The notes under the pieces are model-generated. The model saw only the letters and a list, made by a program, of their open reading frames with translations, did no database searches and had not been told where the DNA came from. From Oikopleura dioica (Eukaryota; Animalia; Chordata): a stretch of 64,000 nucleotides of DNA. Both the position numbers and the translations under genes were made by a program. The stretch covers positions 13,330,001 to 13,394,000 of the forward strand of contig OU015568.1 of NCBI GenBank assembly GCA_907165135.1. The letters are read 5' to 3'. Shown in pieces: positions 46,298 to 58,135 of this stretch (the first letter of the stretch is position 1; each line of letters begins with the position of its first letter).

Positions 46298-47600
46298 ATG
46301 GCAGAAAATTTGACGACAAGGAAAAATAAAAAGCTCAAAATGGTCAATTTAATGAAGAAACAGTCGCCGCTATCTCCGGAAAAGCTTGACGATACATTCG
46401 CAGAGACCGACTATATAATTGACGAAGAGAAAGGTCTTCGTAGAGTTAGACCTTATTTCTTCACTCATCATAAGTTCGCGCTGAAGAGATGGCTTGGCAT
46501 GTCTGTTTTTGATATGATGATGAAAGAGTTCAGTCTTCATATTTCAACGCCTGAAAAGTTAAATGAAACGGCAGAGCGAGGCTACATGCTTTTAAACATG
46601 GAAAAGATCAACGCTTCGGAGCTCAAAGAAAGGATCATCAAAGACGGGGATATGATTTCAACGAAGGACCATCGCCACGAGCCTCCAATTAGAATCGAAT
46701 TGCCAACAGTCATCGCCGATACTGACGAGTTCTACGTCGTGAAAAAACCATCAAGCGTCCCAATTCATCCTGTAGCACAGTACCGACACAACTCACTGAT
46801 CTTCTTAATTGCCCGAGAATATAAAGTGAACTACCACGTCATTCACAGACTAGATAGACTCACTTCTGGGCTCGTTATTTTTGCCAAAACGAAAGAAGTG
46901 GCAAAGCGCGTAAGCAAAGAAATATCTGACAGAGTTGTTCAAAAACAGTATCTGCTGAGAGTCGTTGGGAAGTTTCCTGAAAAGGCAACGTGCGAAGAGA
47001 GCTTGTTTGAAATCTCTGCGAAGAAGGGTATTTACAGAGTAGCAAAGGATGGCGATGACGAGAAAAAAGTAAAGACTGCTTTGACAAACTTCGAGCTTGT
47101 TGAATTTTTCGAAGATAGCAACGAAAGTCTTGTTCGTGCAATGCCAAAGACTGGTAGAACACATCAAATTCGCGTTCATACTCAGTATTTGGGCTTCCCG
47201 ATCATCAACGACCCGGTTTACAATGATCCTCTGTTTGGGAAAGAACGATTTTTGGAACGACAACAAAGAGAAGATATCACAGAAGATATAGCAGTTGAAG
47301 GGCTGACGAAGTCGAAAAATTGGGGACCAAAGGGTTTTAAGATTGCCGAGGAAAGTGACACGCCTCAGATGGCTTTTGAAAAGGATCCGCTCTGGTAAGT
47401 TGTGGACTGATTTCCTAAATCATGCGCGTTCTAGTGATAAATGCAGGAACACTCCTGCTGATCCCAATCAACACGACCTGATCCTCTATCTTCACGCTCA
47501 AAAATACTCTGGCCCGAACTGGAGCTTCGAAACACCGCTCCCTTTCTGGGCTGAGCGCGACTTCAAAACTCCTGAATATTACAAGAAATACCTTCTGTAG
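46298..47600 (+). CDS. RPUSD2: RluA-family RNA pseudouridine synthase (RPUSD2-like)
   Basis: VVKKPSSVPIHP, catalytic HRLDRLTSGL, TGRTHQIRVH, GFPIINDPVYN, LYLHA. Confidence 0.85.
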
Positions 47601-47676
47601 CAAATATTTTCTAGAACAAAATCCCATCAACTCGAAGTCAGCAATTTGTTTTTAGTTTGAGAATGAGCGTATAAAA

Positions 47677-49220
47677 ATGCCAACAGAGTTCAAATTGAAA
47701 TCGTTGGCCCCGGGTCCGCCCTCGGGTACTATTCTGCAACTTCAAGGAAAACTCTCTTCAGGTAACTTTGGTTTTTGAGGTTTATTCTAGCGTGAATTTA
47801 GTTAACCAAGAAACATTATCACATTCAAGCACTTGTTATAAGCGAAACGACTATTATCACAACACATGTATAGAAATGCTAAGGTAACTTTTTAACACTC
47901 CTCGTTGATCCAACTTTTTTAACTAGAAATGGCTATCACAAAGCATATTCTGAAATGTTCAATCTGATCGAGAAGCGTAAGCTAGAAATAATCGCAGCTG
48001 GGCCTGGAACGCTGATGTCGCTCGCCCCTGTCGTTCACGAAAATAAAGAATACTTGGACACATTCAAGGAGAAGCTCACTGCGGCCGAAGAGGCCGAGCG
48101 GAAAAGCGAGCAAGTCAAAGTCTACTCAAATATTTCCGAATTGGCGCTTTACTTCAGCGAGCGGAAACTCACCTGGCTTTCTCATCACTTCTTCGATAGG
48201 GCACTCGCCATTGCGTCTGAGAGTAAGTGCCAGCCTTGATTCTCTTCCTTGATTTCAATTCTAAAGAGTAGACACTTTCACAATCGTTTTCAGTAACTGT
48301 GGATTCTGGTAAAAGCCTTTGCGAAGCAAGCGAGCGGTGTGGTTTGGCCTGTGAGTCTCGCGGTGAAATCGACGCGTCTCGGAGCCACCTTGAAAAAGCG
48401 GTGAGCCTGTCGCACGGACGGGGAACATGGAAGACAGCACAGGGCGACACGTGGAATCAAACATCGTCGTTTCACCTTTCTCGCGTGCTCAGACTCGTCG
48501 CCGAAAAGGACAGCTCAATCGAGAGCCAACTACAGGTGACCTTTTGCGCGCTAAGCTCCGTCATTATCTACCGGTATTATTGTAGCTACTCGAAAAGTCA
48601 GTGCTCGCCGCGGACACTAGCAAATATGAAAAAACAATCTCAACTGCCAATTACCACTACGGACACAAGTTATTCCAAGCAAAAATGTACAAAAATCACG
48701 TCAAATTCTTGAACGCGGCCTCGAAAACGCCCTTATTATACAGAATGGTAAGAATCAATTCAATTAGATTTCAAATTTATTCAAATGGTCATTTAGATGA
48801 GTTGATTCAAAAGATCACGGCTGTACTGTCCGACCTGATCCGAGCGAAAGGAGCTGGATTTGGAGATGAAATATTGGAATCGGCCGAAGCGATACTCAAA
48901 AAGGCGGTCGATAAAGTTGAATCCGAGGTAGGTCACCGTAAGTGGGTCTCCCTTCACTTCCGTCAGCTGATCAATTTTTTAAAGTCGATATTTTTGACAA
49001 CGATATTTTCAATTATTTTTTCGAGTTTGCCATCCCGTCGAATCCGCTTCTGCAAAATGTAATCAAAGTGGAATATTCATAAATTAAATTCGCTTGGCAG
49101 ATTGATTGAGCTTGCTCAGGCGCGCTTTCAAATTGCAACAAATTTAATTTGCCCAAGCTTGCTCCTTGGGGAAATTCTAAATTGCTTATGCAGGTCAATC
49201 AAATCCGCCAGTGATGGGTG
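47677..49220 (+). CDS. TTC29: Tetratricopeptide repeat protein 29-like (multi-exon; 3' end approximate)
   Basis: GYHKAYSEMFNLIE...LTAAEEAERK..VYSNISELALYF..WLSHHFFDRALAIA resembles the TTC29 N-terminal TPR region as I recall it. Confidence 0.65.
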
Positions 49221-50664
49221 ATCCTCCCTCTCATGGGCTATTCTTGCTGTCTTTCATGACATTTTGAATATGAATTATACATTTTTGGAGGGTCATTTCG
49301 TTCATTTAAATTAAATATATTTCTATAATATTATTTTTCTGTTAATTCCCCAGAATTGCCGAGGTGATCTTTTTTATTTGATATTGCTTCGCTGCTCCGC
49401 TTGGAAAAAAGCCGCGGCGCGTCTTTTTAATAATCGTTTCCAGGACTCTGACTCAGATTTTCTGCACAGGTTGCCCCACAGCTCGCATTGTGGCTTTTAA
49501 CTTATACTTTCTTTCATCAATAGTTTGAATAATAATTTAAAATTTGAAATGAGGTGAGTCATCGTAAAAGCATCATTTTTACGCAGAGGCACTGCCCAGC
49601 GGGCAAGGGAAAGATCATTCTTATTCAGCGGGATTGGTACGTGACTGACTGTGCCAGAAGAGCGTGGTGTCGAGTGCCTCCTTGGCAGGCCGTGTCGCGA
49701 TGTCGTCTTTTTTTCTTCGTTTCTTTTTTTTTCAATTTTGGTCTCCTTTGGTTGATTTGGTCGACGCCTCCGCCCACGCACTTTCTCCCTTTGCTCGATT
49801 TCGCGACGCAGAGCAGAAAGGCGCCCGTCACTCGCCACACTACTCTCTCAGCGCGTCAGAGACAGCAGCAGCCTTTTTCTTGTTTTATTTTTCCAGTGAA
49901 TATTTTGAAAAGTAATCACCACGTGAAGAAATAAACAGCGAACTAGCCAAGCAGCTGATTGGCTGTAACAGTTCGAGAGAGGAAGTCTAGAGAAACCATC
50001 AATGAGTAATGCGATTATTCAGATTAATAATAGAAATATTGAATGAAGCCGGCACTGAACAGAAATCCTAGAAGTGGTTCAGCTTGAGTGAGACTGTAAT
50101 TTACAGTTTCCGAAAGCATCAAGAGCTTGAGCCAGTTCTAATTTCTGCCCAAGGCCGAGGCTGACCAATCGACGCCCGGGAATTTCAAAAAGAGAAAATC
50201 CGCGCTCTAGGGGTGTGTATTTGTTTCCCGCAGCCGCGAAAATGAAACATTTCATGACGCATTCGAAGAATGAAAAAAGCCAATTTGGATAAATAAAGTT
50301 AGGTCTTCGCGCGTCGATTATAATGACGATTGGAAAGATTTTCCAGTCGAAAAAACGGAACTAGAAGAAAATTTGTTTACGCAGCTAGAAGTGCTAAATA
50401 TTGACTCAAAGGCGATGATTCCGGGACGGCAAATATTTTAATAAATTGTTAAATAATTACTCGACTTAGAAAAAAAATGAATCAGCTGACGGAAATCCCC
50501 ATAATTATCATTTGATTGAACGAAATTTGAAATTGCTCCAGATTTTCTCATTTCGTTCGAGAGTTGAGTTGAGTTTTGAATAAATTTCGAAATTCGTTAT
50601 TCGAAATCTCGAAAAAAACGAATTCAGCTTGATCATTCGGGGCATCACATTAACACCACCTAAA

Positions 50665-51795
50665 ATGATATGTCTACAAATAATCTTGCTAAAAATACCC
50701 GGTTTTGTAACTTTCAAGGTGGTCTTACTGTGAGCTCATTTGGATGAGCAAAGACAAGTTGTATTCCTGATTGATTTTAGGGCGGGCAATGCTCCGTGGA
50801 TGCACTTTCGCAAATGTCACTACTTTACAACGCGTACAAAAAGCACCCTCAAGCGACGGAACTCATCCAAAAAGCCTACCATAATTGTGAGGAAGCAAAG
50901 TAAGTAACCGAACAAACCTTTTGCCCTTCTTATCGTTCAACGACGAAATACACGGCGACGATCATTTAGGGTTCAGTGATTTAAAATTGATCCTAATTAA
51001 AGGCGGCCGGGAGGATAATCTAACTCTGAAATTCGAGGAAGCGGCCGGTGAATTTCTTTTTTTGAGACGTTGATACTTTATCCCTTGTTAGATTAGAAAT
51101 TACAGTCACTCGAGGCCGAATTCACTGCGAAGGAATTTCCCCTACAGAAATTACGCAGTTTTTTAATTTTTAGCTTATCAAAGAATTTGTAGATAGGGCG
51201 TACTTGGATAGAATTTTATAAAGCTATAAAAGGTATTTCATCCGCGAGTGACTGTAAATTATTTTTTCAAAAATAAAAGTCGTGCCATCTGCGCAGCCTT
51301 CTTTTTCTTATTCGCGCGATAAGTTTTGATTAAGCATTGAGAATCGATGGCTACTATCGACAGCGGCCTGTTCAGAAATATATTTTTCTATCGATTGGAG
51401 GAATTCCGACAGACGGTTCATATTCAAAAGCAAACTCAATGAATAGCTTTATGCCAAAATAAGATCGATAATATTGCCCTGGCTGGGGTCAATGAGCCCG
51501 AACCTTTTTTTAATTCCTCATCTTACCTCCTTTAATTGCCTCTCTTAATAAAGCAATAATGTTGCCGTTATGATTGTAATATTCTTGATTCGCAAAATTT
51601 ATGAACCAACAATTTAGGAATCGTGAAAGATCGACGCGTGTAGCAGTCGGCACTGTAGTTGGAAACGAGCATCTACTGGAGTACCGCCGTCAACTGTCGC
51701 TAGCTACCAAGAACAAAAAGAACGTTCGCATTTTGGTCAACTGGAAGAACCTTGGAGATCTGCAGACTCTGCAGCCTGATAAACAGCAAAACTGA
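50665..51795 (+). CDS. Hypothetical small spliced protein upstream of FH
   Basis: Phase-consistent exons ..FVTFK|GGQCSVDALSQMSLLYNAYKK..CEEAK|NRERSTRVAVG..DKQQN*. Start uncertain. Confidence 0.45.
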
Positions 51796-51886
51796 ACTTT
51801 CATATTCTATTCTATTTTTCTATTCAATAAATAATCTATATATTTTTTTACTGATTATTGTCGTTATTGAATTGGTACGGTTTAGC

Positions 51887-53873
51887 ATGCGTCAGTTCGT
51901 TTTGTCCCGAGTCGTTCGACCAAAAATCCCATCTCGATTTGTAAGTTGATTAAAATTTTTGTAAATGAGATCACGATACAAGCCCGCTTTTCCCTTCTGG
52001 TCAGTGGGTGGTGCTCGAGACGCAAGTTCTTTATCTTTTTTATGAAACCCATATTTTACTGAAAATTAACATGGGGCACTTTAAAAGAATCACTTTAGTT
52101 GTTACCTTTTTTATTAAAATTAAATCCAATAAGTTATAAAGCGCAGGAATTTTATGGTTCCCTTCAGATATTTTTATATAATCGTAAAATAGGAGAAATG
52201 ATCATAACTAGCCGAGCCACACCTAGTAGGCATCACAATATCGAGAAAAGAGCACTGATAGAAAATGATTCCGGTCAGAATAAAGATTTATATTCAGTTT
52301 CATTGCCATCGTGATAGATTGACCCCTATAAAATGAATTCTAGGCGTCTGGCTTCCGAATCGAGACCGACACCATGGGTGAGATGCAGGTGCCAAACGAC
52401 AAGCTCTATGGCTGCCAGACCGCCCGATCGATGAAAAACTTCCCCATCGGCGGCGAGGCCGATAAGATGCCCCGACAGATCATCCAAGTAATTGATAATT
52501 AAATTATTCTAATTGTAACCGCTCCGCAAGGCTTTTGGTTACCTCAAGAAGGCCTGCGCCGAAGCAAACCAGAAGTTTGGACTCGACGCCAAGCTCGCCA
52601 ACGCGATCAAGGAGGCCGCCGATGAGGTCATTTCTGGCAAGCTTTACGACGAGGGTCACTTTCCTCTTGTTATCTTCCAGACTGGCTCGGGCACCCAGTC
52701 GAACATGAACACCAACGAGGTCATTTCCAACCGCGCTAATCTCATCCTCGGCGGCGAAGTCGGCACCAAGTCCCCCGTCCACCCCAACGATCACGTCAAC
52801 AAGTCCCAGTCCTCGAACTGCACCTATCCTACGGCTATGCACGTCGCCACCGCTCTCGAAATCAACAACGTTCTCCTCCCAGGCCTCAAGAAGCTCCGAG
52901 AGGCCCTCTACGAGAAGCAGAAAGCTTTTGAGCACATTGTCAAAATTGGCCGAACTCATATGATGGACGCTACTCCATTGACTCTCGGACAGGAATTCTC
53001 TGGATACGTTCAGCAGCTCGATAACGGAATCGCCCGTGTTGAAGCCACCCTCCCACGAGTCTACGAACTTGCCATCGGTGGCACCGCTGTCGGAACTGGT
53101 CTCAACACTCGAATTGGTTTCGCAGAGGCTTGCTGTGAGGAGCTTTCCAACTACACCGGTCTTCCATTTGTCTCCGCTCCCAACAAGTTCGAAGCTCTCG
53201 CCAACCACGACGCCATGGTTGAGGTTTCCGGCGCTCTCAATGTTGTCGCCTGCTCCATCCACAAGATTGCCAATGATATGCGCCTCCTCGCTTCTGGACC
53301 ACGATGTGGTCTTGGCGAGCTCAATCTTCCCGAAAACGAGCCCGGATCCTCCATTATGCCCGGCAAGGTCAACCCAACTCAGGTTGAAGCTATCACTATG
53401 GTCTGTACGCAGGTCATTGGTAATAATATGGCTGTCACCGCTGGCGGTATGAACGGTCACTTTGAGCTCAACGTCTACAAGGTAAGTTTTTTCTCTTATC
53501 AACCCATTCATAACACTCAATAATTAGCCAGTCATGGTTTCCAACGTTCTCCGATCTGCCAACCTCATCGGCACTGCCTGCAACGCCTTTGTTGATAACT
53601 GCGTTGTCGGCATCACCGCCAACGAAGCCCGAATCGATCAGCTTCTCAATGAGTCTCTTATGCTCGTAACCGGTGATAACATTTCCAAGCAGCCCCTTTT
53701 TCAACCGCTTTTCAGCTTTGAACCTCCACGTCGGATACGATAAGGCCGCCGCCATCGCCAAGAATGCGCATAAGAAGGGAACCACGCTCCGAGAGTCTGC
53801 CAAAGAAAACGGCATCACGGACGAACAATTTGACGCTTGGGTTGTCCCAACCGATATGCTCGGACCAAAATAA
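51887..53873 (+). CDS. FH: Fumarate hydratase (class II) with separate mitochondrial-presequence exon
   Basis: Exon 1 [18 protein letters not shown]|, then [45 protein letters not shown] and signature [13 protein letters not shown]. Confidence 0.96.
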
Positions 53874-54075
53874 ACTTTTTATTGGGAGAGTGAAACAATT
53901 ATTTATTAAGCGCGCCCATTTCTGTATCTTTTCAGGAAATGTGTTCCTCTAGTGAAATTGCTTTTACATGTGTGTGTTTCTACAAGTTCATATTCAAATA
54001 GTTTTGAAGCATAAAAATGATGCATTATTCGGAAAGCTGTTTCGTTGACGGTATTTTTTCAGGGTTGGGTTAAGG

Positions 54076-55277
54076 ATGTCTACTGCTGCTCGACGACGTC
54101 TTATGCGGGATTTTAAAAGGCTCCAGGAAGACCCCCCAGCTGGTGTTTCCGGAGCCCCAACAGACAACAATATTCTCCTCTGGAACGCTGTAATATTTGG
54201 CCCGGCAGATACACCGTTTGAGGACGGGACGTTCAAACTAACCATAGAATTTACAGGTACACTTTCAAACTTGGCTCTATCTGAAATCAAATTGTAGAGG
54301 AGTATCCAAATAAACCGCCCGTCGTGAGATTTACCTCTAAAATGTTCCATCCGAATGTTTACGCGGATGGGTCCATATGCCTTGATATCCTGCAAAACCG
54401 CTGGTCGCCCACATATGATGTGTCTTCTATCTTGGTTGGTTGTGCATGAGTAGTAATGCTTTTATATGAAGCATATATAACTTCGTATTCGTTCACTGTG
54501 ATGAATTTAAAACTTTTTGCAGGCAAAATTCTAACTTTGCCTGTTTTCATACCTAGCAGAAAGCCCGTAAAATTTCGAGTCGCCTGGACTAGATTTGGGC
54601 CAAAACCGTCATACGGTGACGTCATAAATGACGTATAAAGTTGGCAAAAATGGCGATTTTGGCCAAACTTTGAGTCAGTTTTTAGGGGCTTTATTAAAGG
54701 AATTTTTCGGTGTTTTATAGCTCAAATTGATCCTTGTGAAAAACTGAACTAAGGTTTTCAAGATTTTTTTATTTGGTTGAAAATTTTTTTTCGGGAAATT
54801 CTAGAGCCCAGTTTTTCAAAATTTTTTTAAAAACCCTTAAAAACCTTAGTTCATTTTTAAATAAGCTTTCATTTGAGCTATAGAACACTCCTTAATTCCA
54901 TCGGGAAGGCAATTAAAATTTGACTCAAAGTTTCGCCTATTTGGGACCTTCTGACGTCATTTGTGACGTCATTCTCTAGAAAATTTCAAAAACGATTTGG
55001 TCAAATCGACTCAAAATTTTACGGGCTTTCATAGGGGTACAGAATCCGGCCAGGTCAGAAATTTGCCTGCAAAAAGTTTTTTAAATTCATCTGTAATATT
55101 TGTTCGAACAAGTGTAAATTTGCCGTTTAGACATCCATTCAATCACTTCTCGATGAACCGAACCCCAACTCACCCGCCAATTCCCAAGCCGCTCAACTCT
55201 TCCAGGAAAACAGACGAGAATATGAAAAGAAAGTGATGCAGGTCGTCGAGCAGAGCTGGAAGGAGGACGATGAGTAG
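54076..55277 (+). CDS. UBE2A: Ubiquitin-conjugating enzyme E2 A/B (RAD6)
   Basis: [64 protein letters not shown]. Confidence 0.96.
54500..55091. mobile_element. MITE (592 bp) in UBE2A intron 2
   Basis: TIR GATGAATTTAAAACTTTTTGCAGGCAAA / TTTGCCTGCAAAAAGTTTTTTAAATTCATC, flanked by TGT on both sides. Confidence 0.75.
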
Positions 55278-55429
55278 TCCCGCATCTCATTCCTCACTCC
55301 TTAGTTTCTCTTCAGTGAAGAGCCACATTCTCACTTTTTAATGTAGCAATAAATTATTGTGTGAAAAAACCTCTTAATGAAAAACAAAGACTTCACAACA
55401 GTTGAGTGTTTTTGTTCAGATGATCTTGA

Positions 55430-58094
55430 ATGAATCGGCTGGGATGCACCAGAAGCAGGCTAGTTAGATCCAAGTTAGCAGTGAACATCGAAAACTTGCA
55501 AAATGCGTTGAAATTTGTTCATGAAACTGGGCATTGTTCTTATGTGGAGGGTTTCAACTATGAAACTTTTGAGATTGTTATATTGAAGTGATCATTTCGA
55601 AACCCCGTTACTAGATATCCGACGATGTATTTTGCAAATACGGCGCTTGGAGGACCTCTTTTCGCAGCTCGATAGTAACTCTCAAAGATCAGCAATTCAC
55701 AGTCTTTACTCGACGCCTTCTATAGATCGAAAGTTCAAAATTTCTGAGTTTTCAAAGAATGCCTCAACATCTTTGAATCTCCAAAATGACCTGCCAGATT
55801 TCGAAGTTGCAGCTTCTTACCAATACCTGTCGAGACTTCCCAAATCAAAACCGCTTGTAAATGCTGACAGTCTTGTATTGTTTGAGGATAAGCAAATGGA
55901 TTCTGAACTCAAGGAAAAGGTTCTTGAGGCGATTGTCTGTCAGATGCTTTTCAACTCGTCTCTTAGAGGTTTGATACTACGATTATTTCTAAAAAATATT
56001 TTTAGACAAACTTAAATCGGTGACACAAGTTATCGAACGCGCTTCATCAAGTGGAATCAGGTCGTCCGGAGCTCTTAGTCTTGTGTATCAATATGCGAGA
56101 GTGGCTGGTACCCATGAGAAAAATTATTTACTCGGAGTGAAAGATCAGTTCCTGGAATACGCAGAGCGACTGCAAATCGTTGATGATACGTTTACTTTGA
56201 TAAGACTGGGTAATGCTTTAGAAGTTCTGAATTTCGATGATATCAAGTCCTTCTTTCCCTACTTGGAAATTCTTGCGAATATGAAGCCTTCAACTATTAG
56301 ACCGACAATAACAACGACTCTAGCACAGTACACAAGGCCGCAAAAACCTCAGCAAACCAGCAATCCATACGTTTCAGTATCTCCTTCTTTTGCAAACCCT
56401 TATCATCGAGAATATCAATTTCGAAGCGATTTCCGAAGCCAACTCGAACGCCTGGTCGAGTTTCCATCATATCTTGCTCTGGTTATGCCTTATTTGACGA
56501 AGAAGCAGCGAGATTTACTGCGAAGCAGAGTTAAAAGAACCCATTTACTGAATATCGAACGCGGTTACGATCAGTATCTCGACGTTATCAGAAGCTTTGG
56601 AGGTTCTAATACAGACTCGTCAAATCTAGCTTGTTGGAACCTAGGGCTTCTGCCGTATTCTGACTTTAGCATTGAATGTCCGGTCGATGGCTGGTTTCCC
56701 TGCGAAGACGATTCGTTAACTCTAGCATTACACGAGCATTATACGAGCATCGGACCGGGTCTTCTTTCATGCGTAGAGAATCAGAGAACAAAATGGAAAA
56801 TGAAATCGAAAGTCAAGATTTCCACTGCCTTAGCTGAGCATTATGAAGGTAATCCTGCGCATGCCAAACGACTGGAATATTTAAAATCAATCTGGAGATC
56901 GCAATCTTGGCATCCAGTTCAAGGAATTTTATATGGAGGTTCAGCACGTGGATCAAAAATCCTTTTTGGAGACAACGAAGAGTATGAAAAAGATGACAAT
57001 GGAGACGTTAAATATTTTGCAATCCTGGATCGTTCGTTTGAGTTTTTCAATTTTCAAGAAGCGATGGAAATCGTAGAAGAGATTGGAAAGTTTTTCGATG
57101 AGAATCAATCGGAGATTAATGATTTCTGCTGCTTAAAATTGCCAAGTACCGTCAAATTTTGGGTTCTCTCTGAGTGCTTTTCCTCACTCGACAAAAGACG
57201 TAGAGAAGAACTACAAGGTTTATTGAAGAATAAAAATCTCAATAAATTTTTATGTCTGAAACGAAGAATACAGCAGGACAAAGTTCAGGAGTATGTTTTC
57301 GAATTAATGGATGATGGAGATGGAAAAGGTTTGTCAAAACTTATGTCAAGTCTCCAAAGAGATTCTTCGTGGAAAATAAAGCTTCCGGATTTCGTCTACT
57401 TGGAGGTATTGAAACGAATTCGAGAAGATGACCAATTTTTTCATTTACGTGGACGAAAATGGGAGAAACATTTGTACGAAAAACTTCATAAAAAATATGA
57501 TGACCTTCAAATTCCAACAAAACTTATTTTGGAGAGGGAGCTTAAAAAGAGCTCGATGGAAGAATCAAAATTTATTCAGACGAAAATCAGTAATTTGCCG
57601 AAGAGACCATCTTCTCCAGAAGAAATTTCTCTGAATGTTAATTATCTTATTGGACTGCTGAACTTTAGCTTGGAGTCTTCCTCAAGAATGAAAGGAATTT
57701 TTAAGGCTTTGAAAAATGTGCCAATTTATTGGATTTATTTTATACGTGCTTGTGTCTTTTCTGAGAATCGGCAGTTATTGAAGGATGCTCTTGAAAAGTG
57801 TCTCAGAACAGACTCTATGTCTCAAGGTAATTTTATTAGAAAAATAACCCTATTAATACCACAAATTACACAAACTTAGACGTTCTCATATCTTCAATGA
57901 TAAATATAAAAGAAGAAATTCTACTTACGAATGATAAAAAGCTTTTGAAACTTTATGTCTGTACCCTTGAAAGATTGCCTCAAGTATTTTACTTTTCTGG
58001 GTTAATTGATTTCGTCTCACTTCTGAGAGAATACGGAATGTCGGAGGAAATCGTAAAGATTTCGCATCACTTTCAATCCCAACAACGAACTTAA
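55430..58094 (+). CDS. Orphan large protein, paralog A (multi-exon, presequence-like N-terminus)
   Basis: MNRLGCTRSRLVRSKL..ALKFVHETGHCSY, plus long ORFs 55632-56015, 56020-57879 and 57897-58094. Confidence 0.65.
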
Positions 58095-58135
58095 TTAACC
58101 TTGTCTATCTTTATTCAAATTTGCATTTTTGAAGA

